A DNA stretch of 64,000 bases, taken from positions 16,926,001-16,990,000 of the forward strand of contig JBHGNT010000007.1 of the NCBI GenBank assembly GCA_043228905.1, read 5' to 3'. The DNA comes from Azolla caroliniana (taxonomy: Eukaryota; Plantae; Polypodiophyta). Positions 13,701 to 26,788 of this stretch are shown here, piece after piece (within the stretch, counting starts at the first letter, position 1; each line of letters starts with the position of its first letter). Position numbers and translations under genes: made by a program. The notes under the pieces were generated by a model. It worked only from the letters and a program-made list of their open reading frames with translations. It did not search any database and was not told the DNA's origin.

Positions 13701-14646
13701 ACGTTAGCTTAGAGTTTATATACTCAAGCCCTAACTATTTGGACGTGTTCACACTTGTATGGATACAAAGTGGAAGGAGTCAGCCTTTTATGCCAACAAA
13801 CTCCCCCATAAAAGGAATACTCTTTCTTATGTATACAAATGATTGGGGTTATCTCCCCCATAAACCTAGATTACATGTCTAATCTACAGGTACAGATATA
13901 CAAGCTAGGTTGTCGGCATGTGACCTAAGTTGCAGAGGTAAAGTCGATTTTTAGCTTAATGCGGCTAATTGTCCAAATTGGGGTCAGCTTGTCGAAATCG
14001 GTCGGCTCAACTATATAGGTCAACTTTCCACCAGAGTCGGCTCGTTTGTTTGGGTCGGCTCATATCCGATTCCGATTCTCGGCCTCTACCCAATCATCTG
14101 TTCTCCATTCGTGCTCACTCTTATGTTCTCCGTTGGATCCTCGGTCAGTCTTCCTACTTGTTCATCCCTCGATCGTCTCTTCTCCAGTCGGTGTCCTTGC
14201 TCATTGCAACATCTTTGTTCTCTTAGATTTCCGACTTTGTAGACTTTGCTTCTTCAACTCGTCTGATTGGGTTAGTTTTGACTTACCTTCCTGCTTTGTG
14301 CTCGACTTTCTTTTTCTTGGTCACTTGTCGTAGTCCCATCTTTGTCCTCCGTGCTCCAAAGCATTGATCTGGGAGTGGCTTCGTTAGGGAATCAATGATG
14401 TTCACCTCGGTGTTGGTCTTCTGAACTTCGAGCTTTTTCTCAGATATTAGCTCCTAGATATGATGATACCGTACCTCAATGTCCTTTGTCTTTGCATGAT
14501 AGAGAAGATTATTGATGAGGTGTATTGCGCTCTGTGAGTTGTATTAGATGGTTGGTATTTGTCAGTTGATTCAGCTTGTTGCCGAGAAGTTGATAGTCAG
14601 TCGGTGTAGCTAGATTGCTTCCTTCGCTGTCTCCGATGCTACTATG

Positions 14647-17600
14647 TGTTAGGCATATGTCCCACCTGTGGGAGTAGTTGACTGTTCGGGCTGAGAGCCG
14701 ACCGTCAAAGACACGGAGTAGTCGATTAGTTGGGCTGAGAGCCGTCAGTCGATGACAAGGAGAATTGTTTGAGAGAGACGACATGGAGAGTCGACAACAT
14801 TGTATAAGTGATCGAAGTCGAAGGCACGACCGAATGGTCGACGACAAGGCCGGCTAGTCGGGCTAATTGGACAATCAACACAAGAGTCGGCTAGTCGAAT
14901 CAGCTAGTCGATCAGTCGGTTGATTGACTGTTACTATAATAATAGGAATAATAGTAGTAGTGGCTACATTTGTGAATAGTCCATAAGGTGTATAAGTATA
15001 AATACACTTAGGGCAAAGCTTTAGGTAATGTGGAACAAAAGTGAAGAACATAACAAAGTGTTGTGTAGACAGAGAGAGTGTGTGAGAGATAGTGAGTGGC
15101 GCCATAACTGAGTGAGCTTAGACGCCAAGAGCCCTGCGTGGCTGATACGCTCTGTACCGAGAGTGTTGTATTCTAGTCTCTTGTTATCTATGATTGATTC
15201 CCGACAAATTGGTATGAGAGCGACAGGTGCAAAGATGGAAGGAGGTGTGAGTGGCTTCCCAGGTATGATAGTTCTAAACTCTCAGAACTATGCAGACTGG
15301 AAGATAAAGATGGAAGAACTTCTTATAGTTAAAGACCTGTATGAGCCCATCGACCGAGCAAAAATACCCACAGGGGTATTAGAGTCTGAATGGAAACTTT
15401 TTAATAGAATGGCGGTGGCCACCATCAGACAGTGTGTCGATGTAAGTGTCGTTCAGCATGTCGTTAACGACACAAATTCCTATGAGATGTGGCAGGAGTT
15501 GTTAGGCCTATATGACAGGAAGAACACCCTCAACAAAAAATCTTTGATGAGATAGATTGTGAGGTTGAAATACATGGACAGAGAAAGCATAGTGGATCAT
15601 GTAAGCACATTCATGGGGTATGTGAACCACCTTGCTGCAACCAAGTTTCCCCTTGAGGATGCAATGCAAGGCATCCTACTACTGCATCCTACTATTGTGT
15701 ACCCAACCGGATAGCTAGGAGAATCTGGTGGTGACTCTCAACACTTCGTGTCAAGAAGAGAACTTGTCTCTACAAGCGGTAAAGACAAGCATCTTGAACG
15801 AGGAGACAAGAAGGACAAGGGTGTCCTGTCCCAGTCGGAGTCAAACTTGACTCAATATACCATGAGAGGAAGGGACAAACAAAGAAGTCCACAAAGAAGG
15901 GAAAAGTCCCAAGCTAGATCCAAGTCCACAGGTAAGTTAATATGTTTTTACTGTGGAAAACCTTGACACTTTCAGAAGGACTGCTGACACCTCAACAAGG
16001 ACAAGAGTGTCGGTAATAATGTTGAACCCAGAAAGGTCTTTGATGAAAAGGGCACATCAACCGCAGCTACAAGTGCAAAGGAGACCATGTTCATTTGTGA
16101 GCACCCAAGGAAAAATCTTGCAAGTGAAGAATGCATTTGGGTAATCGACTCAGACTTAGGTGCATCTTTCCATATAACTCCGTCAAGAGAATGTTTTTCG
16201 ACTTACACAACCGATGATCATGGCTATGTAAAGATGGGAGATAACGGGGTGTGCAAGATAGCCAACATAAGATGTGTAAGCTTGATGATGTCGACAATTT
16301 GTCGATTGACTTTGAGGGAAGTTCGACATGTCCCCGATACAGATTGAATTTGATATCGACTAGAAGAATAGATGACGAAGGCTACAATGGTAGTTTTTGA
16401 AACGGCAAGTGGAAGTTCAGCAGACGAAACCTCATAGTGGCCCTAGCATAGAAAGAGGGCACATTGTAGATGATGAATGCTTGACTGTGCAAGTCGGAAG
16501 AAAATGTGGCAGCCGACCCCTGAGTTGAACAGGCTTGTAGAGAGGATGAATCAAACGATTATGGAGAGAGTAAGGAGCATGTTGTCGCACGCTAAGCTGC
16601 CAAAATCATACTGGGTTGAGGCGATGTATATGGTTGTTTATCTTATCAATAGATCTCCCTCAGTACCATTGAGAGGTGATGTCCCACAACGGGTGTGGAC
16701 AGGAAAGGAAGTCTCCTACCGACACCTAAGGGTGTTCGGATGCTTAGTGTATATGTGTAAAGAATCGTGGTATGATTTAGTGTAGCGGAATAGGTTAGAG
16801 ATGTGTGTTTGTTTGAGAATAGGAGAGGAGAGAGACACAAGATAGATAGAAAATAGAATACTCAAGAATATGTATATTACAAAAGAGGTTAACCGATGCA
16901 TTACAAAATAGGAGGAGAGTGCTTTATATAGTCACCCTCTCTCTTCATTAACTACCGAAGCTCATCGGTCATGGGGAATGTGGAAACTCATTAGCTATAT
17001 GTCATAGAATATGATTCTATGACATATAGTTAATGTGTAGAGAGTAGTGGTGTGACTTTTGACCTTTGAGTGTTCATACACTCTCAAGGGTGCGTTCACA
17101 CACTAGACTAGGTTGAGCTTGATTCTCAACACGCCCCCTCAAGCTTAACTTGGGTCGGCTCCTTTCGGTTTATGTCCACTTCGGCTGGTACCCGGTTCAG
17201 AAGGTATCTAGTTCTCTCTTGTACTCCCCCTCAAGCTTGGCAAGTCAGGGATCGTCAATCCAAGGTCTGACATGAATTGCCAAAGCTTGTCGGCTCCTAG
17301 GGCTTTGGTGAAGATGTTGGCCGCCTATAGATTCGTGTTGATGTGCTGAAGGTCGACATCTCCAGCCCGAACGTGCCCTCGAATGAAGTGATAATGCACT
17401 TCGATATGCTTCGTGCTTGCGTGGAACACCGAGTTCCGAGCCCAATAAATATTGCTCATGTTGTCGTAGTAAAGGGGAATCAGATCTTTGATGGGAATGC
17501 CAAGATCCTTCAATATCCTCTTGAGCCATATGGCTTCACATGCAGCCACCGTCACGCCCCTGTATTCGGCCTCTGTGCTCGAAAGAGCGATGGTCGGTTG

Positions 17601-19748
17601 CATCTTGCTACTCTAGGAGATGGCTTCACTTCCAAGGGAGAATACGAAACCAAAGGTTGATCATCGATCAGTTTGTAGCCAACCTAATCGTCTTGTGTGT
17701 ACCCTTCAAGTCGAAATGGCAAGGCCGATTCGTAGAGAATACCAGAATCCATTGTGCCACTCACGTATCGTAATACTCGCTTAGCGCAATCCAAGTGAAT
17801 GTCTCGTGGTTTTTACATGAATTGGTTGAGGAGACCAATCGGGTAGCTGAGGTCGGGTCAAGTGATCGTGAGGTAGATGAGGCGCCTGATCATTTGTTGA
17901 TACAGAGTCCGCTCACACTCTTTTGTGTCGGAGTCGACATCAAGTTTGAGATTTTGATCAAGAGGGGTTTCCACAGGTTTACACTCAATCATCCCAAACA
18001 TGTATAACAAGTTAAGGATGTAGTGTCGTTGAGAGATCATAATGCCGGCTGGAGTCCGAATTACATCGATGCCAAGGAAGTAATGGAGCTCCTTCATGTC
18101 CGTCATCTCGAATTTGTTGGAGAGGAGGGACTTCACCTTGTTGATGTCGACTAGACTTTCACCTCCAATGACTAGATCACCTACATATAGGATGAGGACA
18201 ATCGGACTTCCAGAATTGCTTCTTATGTAGAGGAAGTTGTCAGATTTCGACATTCGGAAGCCGATTCGATGAAGATACTGTGTTATCTTCGAGTGCCAAG
18301 CATGTGGTGCTTGCTTAAGCCCGTAGAGTGGCTTCTTTAGTCAGCAAACTGATTTCGGATGGGTGCTTGATTCGAAGCCGGGTGGTTGTACCATGTACAC
18401 CTCCTCTTCTAAGTCGCTTTGAAGAAAGGAGTTCTTGACGTCCATTTGATGGAGATGTCATCCTTTCACCACTGCTAGTGCAATCATGGTTCGAACAGTC
18501 GTCATCTTTGCTATTGGGGCAAAGGTCTCTTCATAGTCAACACCGTGCGTTTCTGCATAGCCTTTTGCGACAAGTTGAGCTTTGTAGCGGTTGACAAAGT
18601 CATCAACATTATACTTCACATTGTAAATCGATCTGCAATCGATCTCCTTTTTGTGTGGTGAGTGGGGAATGCGATCCCATGTCTCGTTCTTGCATAGTGC
18701 CCCCATCTCCTAGTTCATTGCTTCGACCCATCGTAGATCCTTGGCTGCCTCGGAATTTTTTTCCGGTTCACGAACTGTCGCCACCTTCATCATAAAGGCA
18801 TAATGGTATGCCATATAGTCGTTGTAGCTGAATCAGCTAACAAGATTCTTCTCACGAGTGGAGCGACAGAGTTTTTTGTTTGCCATGACAATGACTTTCT
18901 TTACACCAGGTGTCCACATGATAGGTATATCAAAGACACCGAACTCATTGTTGAATGAGTGAGTCGATTCATTGCCGTCGAATTGATCGTCTTCATATTC
19001 TGGCATTTTTGCCTTGCCTTTGTCCATCTTCAGACTAGGCCGAGATGTGCTCTGGTCAATCGGGGGCTCTTGTGGCCCACTGAGCTTGGTTGTGATCGGA
19101 ATTTCTTCGAACATATGCCTTAGTTGACCTTCATCTTCTATCTCTTGGTTGGCCAAGTTTGGGTTGATTGGGGTTGGAGTCGGAGTCGTCTCTAGTTTGT
19201 ACCAGGATGTCGACTCATTGAAAACGACGTCCCCACTCACTCGAACTTTCCGGGTAGATGGATTATAGCACTTGTACCCCTTTTTCTCTAACAAGTACCC
19301 CACAATGATGCACTTCTCCAATTTTGGCTCAAGCTTTTGCCACTTCTCGTCGGGAATGTGCACGTATGCAATTGAGCCGAATATCCTTACATGGGATAGA
19401 TCTGGTTTCTTTCCATAGTATTTGCTGCTTTTGCCCAATATGACTTGGGCATATGCTTCTTGTTTAGCTTGGCCTGTGCTACTTCGAGGATGTGCTGATT
19501 CTTGCGTTCGGTTACATCGTTCTGTTGCGGTGTGTGTTGGCAAGTGAATTCTCACCGAATTCCTTCTTGTTGAAGGTATGCCGTGAACGCATCGGAGAAG
19601 TAGTCCTTCCCTTTGTCTGATCGAAGACATCATACATGGCGGCTGGTTGTCTTTTCGACTTCGCTTTTGAATTTTTGGAAGTGTGAAAACACTTCGCTCT
19701 TCATCCTCATGGGAAAGATCCATGTATATCTGGGATTGATTCCCGACA
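14647..19748 (+). mobile_element. Copia element A, internally deleted
   Basis: 5' LTR 14647-15206 (TGTT...GACA); PBS TGGTATGAGAGC 15210-15221; gag, protease (WVIDS..GASFH) and integrase fragments; only the last ~15 bp of the 3' LTR remain (GATTGATTCCCGACA, ending 19748); 5-bp TSD CTATG at 14642-14646 and 19749-19753. Confidence 0.88.
16756..19730 (-). mobile_element. Copia element B (5'-truncated), inserted in the integrase of A
   Basis: 3' LTR 16756-17131 with PPT GAGGGGGCG; integrase, RT and RNase H fragments (ORFs 18833-19807, 18458-18706, 17858-18253, 17325-17603 with HASTKHIEVHYHF). Confidence 0.85.
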
Positions 19749-20281
19749 CTATGTACTCGGCTTTTGTGGTAGACAGAGCCGTGCACTCTTGAAGCTCTGA
19801 CCTCCATGATATGGCACTGCCACCATCGCGTACATGATACTTCCTATAGTCGATGCGTAGGGTATCTTTCCATTGAGCTCTCTCTCCTTATCCACCAAAG
19901 GAGAGTCTCTATCCGATAGTTAGATCGATGTTGGAAGTAGTGTTGGTGTTCGCTTCACGTTCACCAAGTTGAAGTGCCTCAACACCTTTCGAATGTAGTC
20001 GGACTGGCTGAGTCGGAGGAGAGTCTTTGTATTCCGATTTCGCCCGATCCTCATGCTCAATATGTGTCGGGCTTGTTTGAGTTACTTCATTGCAAACTTG
20101 TCGTGAAGGCTCCGCTTTAGCTTTCCGATTTTGGCTTGATTGCTTCCTGCAATCATCATGTCGTCAACATATAGGATTAGATAGATCCGGGACTTGTTGG
20201 CCAGTTGCCGAGTATATAGACATGGGTCAGAGTTAGACCGGTTGTAGCCAAGATGTCAAATGTAGGAGTCTAACTTCTGGT

Positions 20282-20760
20282 TAACAATAAGCAACGGTTC
20301 GGTTTGAACCGAACCGTGAAACCACAGTTTAATGGCTTAACGGTTTCAACGGTTTGGTTTCAACAGTAAAAAACCGCGGTTTAAACGGTTTTTATTTTTT
20401 ATTTTTTAAAATTGTTATTAAAAAAATTTCTAAAAAATTTAAAAATTGTTTTTAAACAATCTTTTCATTTTTACACCTTATTCTCACATTTTAGGAACAT
20501 CTAAAAAATTTTAAAAAATGAAATATTATAAATTTTAAAAAATAAAAAATTTGACCTATGTTGAAAACCGAAACTGAACCACGAAACCGTGGTTTTTACG
20601 GTTTAATGGTTTAACGGCTTGAAACATGTTTTACGGTTCGGTTTAACGGTTTCACGGTTCGGTTCGGTTAGGTTCAGGTTTCAAAAAATTTAAATGGTTT
20701 GGTTCCAAACCGGTTCGGTTTGGACCCTCTCAAATCGAACCGAACCATTGCTGATTGCTA
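20282..20760. mobile_element. Non-autonomous hAT element 1
   Basis: 8-bp TSD CTTCTGGT (20274-20281 and 20761-20768); imperfect TIR TAaCAATaAGCAAcGGTTCGG / TAGCAATCAGCAATGGTTCGG; many subterminal AAACCG/CGGTTT motifs. Confidence 0.9.
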
Positions 20761-20776
20761 CTTCTGGTACCACATA

Positions 20777-21447
20777 TAGCAATGGGCCCGATTTCGGCTC
20801 AAACCGAACCGAACTGATAAACCCTAGCTTAACAGTTTATAGGTTCGAAGATAAATAAACGGTTTGGTTTGGTTTCAAATGTTACTAATTGGTTTCGGTA
20901 CGGTTTTAAATTTATCAGTTTATCAGTTTATCGATTTCTGTTTATGTGGTTTGGTTTAAAGGTTTATAGGTTAAAATATACTCATAAACTTTAAACTTTT
21001 AATTTTAAACTCTAGTTTTGACTTATTAAATTTTATATGCATTATATGTAGATTCTCCTTTTCATTTATGATGATTAAATATGATAAGTATGATGATCAA
21101 ATTTATGATAAGTATAATGATCAAATTTATGATCAATATGATGCCAAAATTTATGATAAGTATGATGAATAAATTTATGATGATTTTCTCACACAAATTT
21201 ATAATAAGTATGATGATTAATATCAATAAAAAATGGTTTGGTTTGGTTTTGATTTATGATAAACCAGTTTGGTTTGGTTCTAAATTTTTCGTAAATAGTT
21301 TGGTTCCTCCTATTCTTTAAATGGTTTGGTTTAACGGTTCAACTCTAAACAGTTTAGTTTAAATGGCTTCAAAAAATTTAAACAGTTTGGTTTGGTTTCA
21401 AGGCCAAGAAACCGAACCGAACCGAAACCGAGCCGGGCCCATTGCTA
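20777..21447. mobile_element. Non-autonomous hAT element 2
   Basis: Perfect 14-bp TIR TAGCAATGGGCCCG; TSD ACCACATA/ACCACATC (7/8); AACCG subterminal motifs; internal ~24-bp ATGAT-rich minisatellite at ~21060-21225. Confidence 0.9.
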
Positions 21448-22987
21448 ACCACATCCTCAACACTTGTTTTAAGCCATAAAGGCTTTTCTTCAATCGACAT
21501 ACGAGGTGGCCTTCCTTCCCCATCGCCGAGAAGCGTACCGGTTGAGACATATAGATGTCTTCTTCCAAGTCTTCATGTAGGAAAGTTGTCTTGATGTCCA
21601 ACTGCTCAAGCTCTACATCCTTTGTAACCACGACCATGAGTAGCAGCCGAAAGGTGGTCATCTTGACTACCAGAGAGAATATCTCATCATAGTCAACCTT
21701 GTATTCTTGTTTGAATCCCTCTGCGACGAGCCGAGCTTTATATTTGGGGTTCTCTGAGTCGGATACATATTTGTATCTGTAAACCCATTTGTATGGCAAC
21801 AACTTCTTTCCAAGTGATAGTTCAACCAACTCCCATGTGTTGTTCTCTTTAATTGGGTCCATCTTGGATTTCATGGCTTGTAGCCATGTGTCAGCGTCTG
21901 GCGTATGACTTCTTCGTAGGAGCTCGGTTCACTAGTGTCCGTGTAGTTTACGTAGTCGAGGACCGGTGAATAGAAATCTGTCGGCCTTTTGACTCGTGGG
22001 GATCTCCTAGGTGCCGACTTTGTCGGTTCGATTTCTTCAATCGGTTGAGTTGGCCGATCGGTATTGCGTGAACCACCTTTAGGAGTCCTTCAGAATGACT
22101 CACCCCTGTAATTATACAATTTCAGCGATGTCAAATCCTCCTCCCTTGTTTCGGGATTGATTGACAAGGTAGCCTTTCCCTTGGTGATTTTGACTTTGTC
22201 GTTGTCGGCTCTTGTCAATCTCGTAGTCGAATCAATTTCGACTAGTGGACCTCTTGTCGATTTGGAGTCGGCAGGCGTGGTGTCGGCTCGATCGATTTTG
22301 ACTGTTTGTCGAATCTTCGATTCAGCCTGGTTGGTCAATCTTTCTTCATTGTCTCTATTGACTTCGAAAAAGACGTTTTTGCTGGTTCCGCTCAGAGAGA
22401 ATCGAGTCTTCATTGAAAACTACGTCACTACTTCGGATCAGTTTCCAGTTCTTTGGGTCCCATAATCGGTATCCGAATTCCCTGGATCGGTTCCATAACC
22501 GAGAAATATGCATTTTGTTGCGTGGGGTGCCAGCTTGGTTCTTTTCTCCCTAAGGATAAATGTTGAGATATCGGTCCGTCCGGATGGGGACCAGTCGATC
22601 TAGAGGAGGAAACCAGATCGGATGGATCCGGAAGGATTTCCAAAAACCAGATTGGATGGACCCGGAAGGGGTCCGAATGTATCCAGTATGAACTGTGAAG
22701 GGAGAAAGACTTGTAAATATGTTTCCGACCCGTTTCCGATGGGCCGTTGAGGACACATTTGTAAATAGCCCGTAAGTTATATGAATATAAATATAACTAG
22801 GGCAAAAGGATAGTTGTGATGTTAGTTGTTGTTGTAGTGTTGTACACAAAGAGAGAGAGAAAGAAAGAAGAAGAAAGAAAGATATATTAACGTCTTCTAA
22901 GGCCAAATTTGGCCCATGAGACAAATAGGTTACAACAAAAAATGAGTGTTTATCCAATCATCAAAACTAAAAATAAAAGAAAATAGC

Positions 22988-25900
22988 TTAAGCTAAGAAA
23001 GTTCTAGTAGTGTACAAAAACTTTGCACCAAGCCTAATCTCATTTCCACCCAAGTCTCTCAAAAAGAAGTGGGAGGTCAAAAGTTTTTGGTGTGGGTGTG
23101 ACCCATGTCCCGATGCATAGAGTGCCCTAGCCATGGCTTTTAGGCAGTGTAGTTCACGTTCCCTTATTTTCTTTATTGCTTCTACATCTCGTCGAGTTGC
23201 TTTGAAACCCGGCATCCGAGGGCGTTTGGTTCTTCTTTGATTTTCTGCTTCATCAAGGAGAAGTCCGAGTGGTGCAGGTGTGTCGACATTCATTGTCTCC
23301 CCCTGTTCCTGAAAAACTTCATTTGTTATATGTTGGTAAACATTAGCAACATTATTATCAACGTTTTGTAATTTGTTCTCTCTGTGGTGTTTCAATTCTA
23401 AGATGTATCTACCTAATTTCTTTATATCTAGTGTATCTAATAGTTTAGGGAGGGTGGGAGAGGAACCAAGTATGTCTTGGTATTTTGCCCTTATCTCGGC
23501 ATAGGTGGGGCATTTGCATGTAAAATGGTACTCATCCTCTATCTCTATGTGGCATAACCTACATATCCTTTCCTCCCTAGGGACTCCATTAGTACGTCCA
23601 TTCTCAATCTCAAGTTGGTGAGATGATATTCTAAGTTGACCAATGGCAACCCTTAGTGCATGTGGTAAGAATACATCTAGATATTTTGGGCGCGTGATAA
23701 AACCTAACTCAGAGAAGTGCATAAAGTGTTCCTTATAGTACGACATTTTAGATGGGAGTGGCTCTAGTGGGGTGATCCATTTATACCGGGTATAAATTTG
23801 CCATATTTCTTGGCGTATTACTTTATTACGGTCCTCATGAGAGAGTAAAGTGTTATCATTCGTGTGGTCGTACTTAAGGGGGGGGAGGTTAGTAATGTCT
23901 AGACCGTTGGCAAGAAGCCAACTCACCATCATGCCATACCATGAGCTAGTATAGCCGGACTCATACAGTGCTCGAGAAGCCTTAAAGGCTTGGTGGGATA
24001 TTCTATCAAGTGGTTGGTTATGTATCCTGTGTATAAAGACTACCAGTTGAAAAAGTGCTTCTACTAACATAGGGGGTAGAGTGAACTCAGCCCTAATAAT
24101 GTCATGTGGGACCGACGATTTGCTTCGGAGTTGGCGTGATAACATCATCACCAATGGTCTCTCTAATTGCGTCCACATGAAAGATGGTAGTCCTGGGGCC
24201 CAAACCGCTGATGCATACATGAGAGAGGGAGTCACTAATGAGTCAAAGAGCCACCCTTTAGTTCGTGGCTCTTGGAAGTATGCTTGGTGGCATTGTCTCT
24301 CGAGGAGTGAGAGGGATGCATGTCCTCTTGTAAGTCTATCCTTCGCTGCTTGTGTCATCGAAAATTTACCTGAGCGGGCACTGAAAGTGACTCCGAGATA
24401 GACATATGATCCAACCACCTCAACTGGGCTATGGGAGATAGTTAGGTGACACTTAGCTCTAACTTGGGCCGACGTGTGGAAGATAAGGACTTTAGTTTTC
24501 CCTAGATTCACTACCAATCCTCGTTGTGTGCAAAAGTCATCTAAGGCATTAAGGTGCCTTTGTAGGTCGTGTTCGGATTCAGAGAGCAAAACTATGTCAT
24601 CTGCATAGAGCAAGATATGCACCTGCGTATCTCCAAGGACTACTCCATTGCCTCCCTTACGAGCAATAAAATCTGTGATCTCATCAATGTAGATCCCAAA
24701 AAGAGTCGGAGATAAGGGGCAACCTTGTTTTACACCAATAGTGCTAGTGAAACTATCGGATATGCCGCCTGGGCATCGAACACACCCGGACACTTGTTCA
24801 TATAGTGCGTAGATGGCCCAAACCATGTCATCTGGTATCCTCAAGCTCTTAAGCCTATCAAACAACCGCTCTCTAGGGACCGTGTCAAAGGCTTTGCGGA
24901 AGTCCACAAAACAACAATATAGTTTCTTCTTGCGAGCCTTAGTCTGGTCAATTAAGCATCTAAGTGTGAAGATATGGTCAATAGTGGAGAAGGCTCGTCT
25001 AAAGCCGGCCTGTTCAGGTGCACGAAGATTTAAGGTCTCCATATACTCGCTAAGCTCTGCCTCCATTACTGCACCATATAATTTAGCAAGGGTATGACCT
25101 ATCATAATGGTCCTATAAGTATTTGGGTCCATGGGGTCCCCCCCCTTATGTATGGGGGCCACTGTGTTCATGGTCCATTGTGATGGAAAACCCTCTACAA
25201 AGGCACGATTGAAGATTAGAGTTAGTAAGGGAGCTAGGCACTCTCTCGCGTATATGATGTGTTCTGCTCGCAATCCTGTGTGGTCCATGGACTTCCTATG
25301 TTGTAATTTCTTTATGACCTTCGTGACCCTAGAGGTCGTGAAGAGTGTCCCCATAGTAGGTCGGGGTGTGGAAGACATTGGAATGGGTGGTTGGTTTGGG
25401 ATGTGGTAAAGTCTCTCTGTATAAGTGTGCCAAGTTTCGGGATCTTCGATGGGTGTTTGTGGTCTTGGTTCCCGTAATCTCTTCCATGCAGTGGCACAAT
25501 CGCTACTCATGAGCATGTGGTAGAGTTCCCAATATTGGGATGCCTCCCATGCTCGTCTCTTACGACGTGTCATCTTGCACATTTCTTTACGAGCTTGTAC
25601 TGAGGTAATACTACCACTGAGTTGCGATATTGTAAGTTGTCGATGTAAGCACCTACAATCCTCATCATACCATCTATTTTGTGGCATAGATCCTACTTTA
25701 CCTTGATTGGAGTGTTTCGTGTATGGGAAGCTGCTAACCGCTGCAGAATGAAGGATGTGTGTGAGTTTTGTACTAAGGCTCTCTAAAGGTAGGGAGGGAT
25801 CAAGGGAGGAGAGATGGGCTTGAACATGTCAAGCATATATGTCAGAGAGCTCATGTGTGAAATGTATTGTGATGTCATGGCGTGGTTGACTAGAGTTGGT

Positions 25901-26782
25901 GACGTTAGAGATATCGCATTTTATCTCGAAGTATAAGAAACTATGGTCCGCGCCAATAGGACATGGGGCCACTCGGAAGGAGTTAATCATGTGGGTAGCT
26001 TCAGGGCGTCCTATTAGATAATCGACTGTGCTTTCCCCTCCTCCATGTGGGAAACATGTGAGCTCTTCCGAACTTGGCCACTTGGCTAAACCATTATATA
26101 TGACCATTTGGTGCCGACTACCGAGTTCGAGCAAATGATGGCCAAAGCTCGTGGCGTCTGCACCTTGATCCTTTGATCTACGTGTGGTGTCTATGTCTGA
26201 AGGATCGACATTTACCATTTCTAGGTTTCTATTCATTTGAAATATTGTGCATTGTCGGGATTGGGTTCTCGCATTAAAGTCTCCTACAAGGAATACTTCG
26301 CCTTGGGAAGAATATCGGATTATGTCATCCGATAGAGGTTCATATGGGGAAGGCCCATGTGGCACTCCGTCATCAACTAATCTCGCCTCGCCAGCCAGAT
26401 TATAACGAGAGCCTTTTGGGGGGAAGTAACAAATGGCGAAAATTACTGCCTTGTCCTTGCTTGTGGAGACTTTCACCCACATAAAACGAGCTTCTGGGTC
26501 TGTGCTCAGTATTTCTATCCTATTATGTAGCTCCCTCCGAAACAATATTGCGACACCTCCAGATCCCCTGGTAGTGCATCGACGTGAGGTTTGTCTAAAA
26601 GCCGACTCCCAACGAAATCCTTCGACTCGTGGGAGTCCCCTATTTGGGCTTTGGTGTGTTTCTACTAGGCAAACTATATCTGATTCCTTTAATATCCCCT
26701 CTAGGCGGCCGGGGTGTGTCCAGAGTGCGCCGTTACAATTCCATAAGGTCATCCTAAGTGTGTTTTCTGTCACATGGGCCAC
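22988..26782 (-). pseudogene. LINE ORF2: APE endonuclease, reverse transcriptase and C-terminal CCHC; one premature in-frame TGA at 25829-25831
   Basis: APE motifs WNCNG, CLVETH, GDFNAR, TVDY and GADH; RT motifs QAGFR, FVDFRKAFD, GVKQGCPLSP, LYADD and YLG; C-terminal RICRLC..EDEYHFTCKC. ORFs 25829-26782 and 22988-25687 share one frame, with 47 open codons between them. Confidence 0.92.
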
Positions 26783-26788
26783 ACGCCG

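Larger units (their letters stand above)
13800..22560 (-). mobile_element. Copia element C (integrase C-term, RT, RNase H), host to several later insertions
   Basis: RT ORF 21398-21874 (YKARLVAEGFKQ, QLDIKTTFLH, LKKSLYGLKQ); LYVDDM at ~20165; RNase H ALSTTKAEYIV|ASETAKEAI is continuous across the 14647-19748 insertion. Confidence 0.8.

Noticed and set aside
13911-15206. 1.3-kb LTR starting at TGTCGG (13911)
   Set aside because: The TSD CTATG and continuity of the host RNase H place the LTR start at 14647.
21081-21320. Met/Ile/Lys-rich ORF
   Set aside because: Translation of the ATGAT minisatellite inside a non-autonomous hAT.
25829-25831. Second programmed readthrough at the internal ORF2 TGA
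   Set aside because: It lies mid-ORF2 in the APE-RT linker and is most simply a CGA-to-TGA mutation in this copy; a family consensus is needed to exclude it fully.
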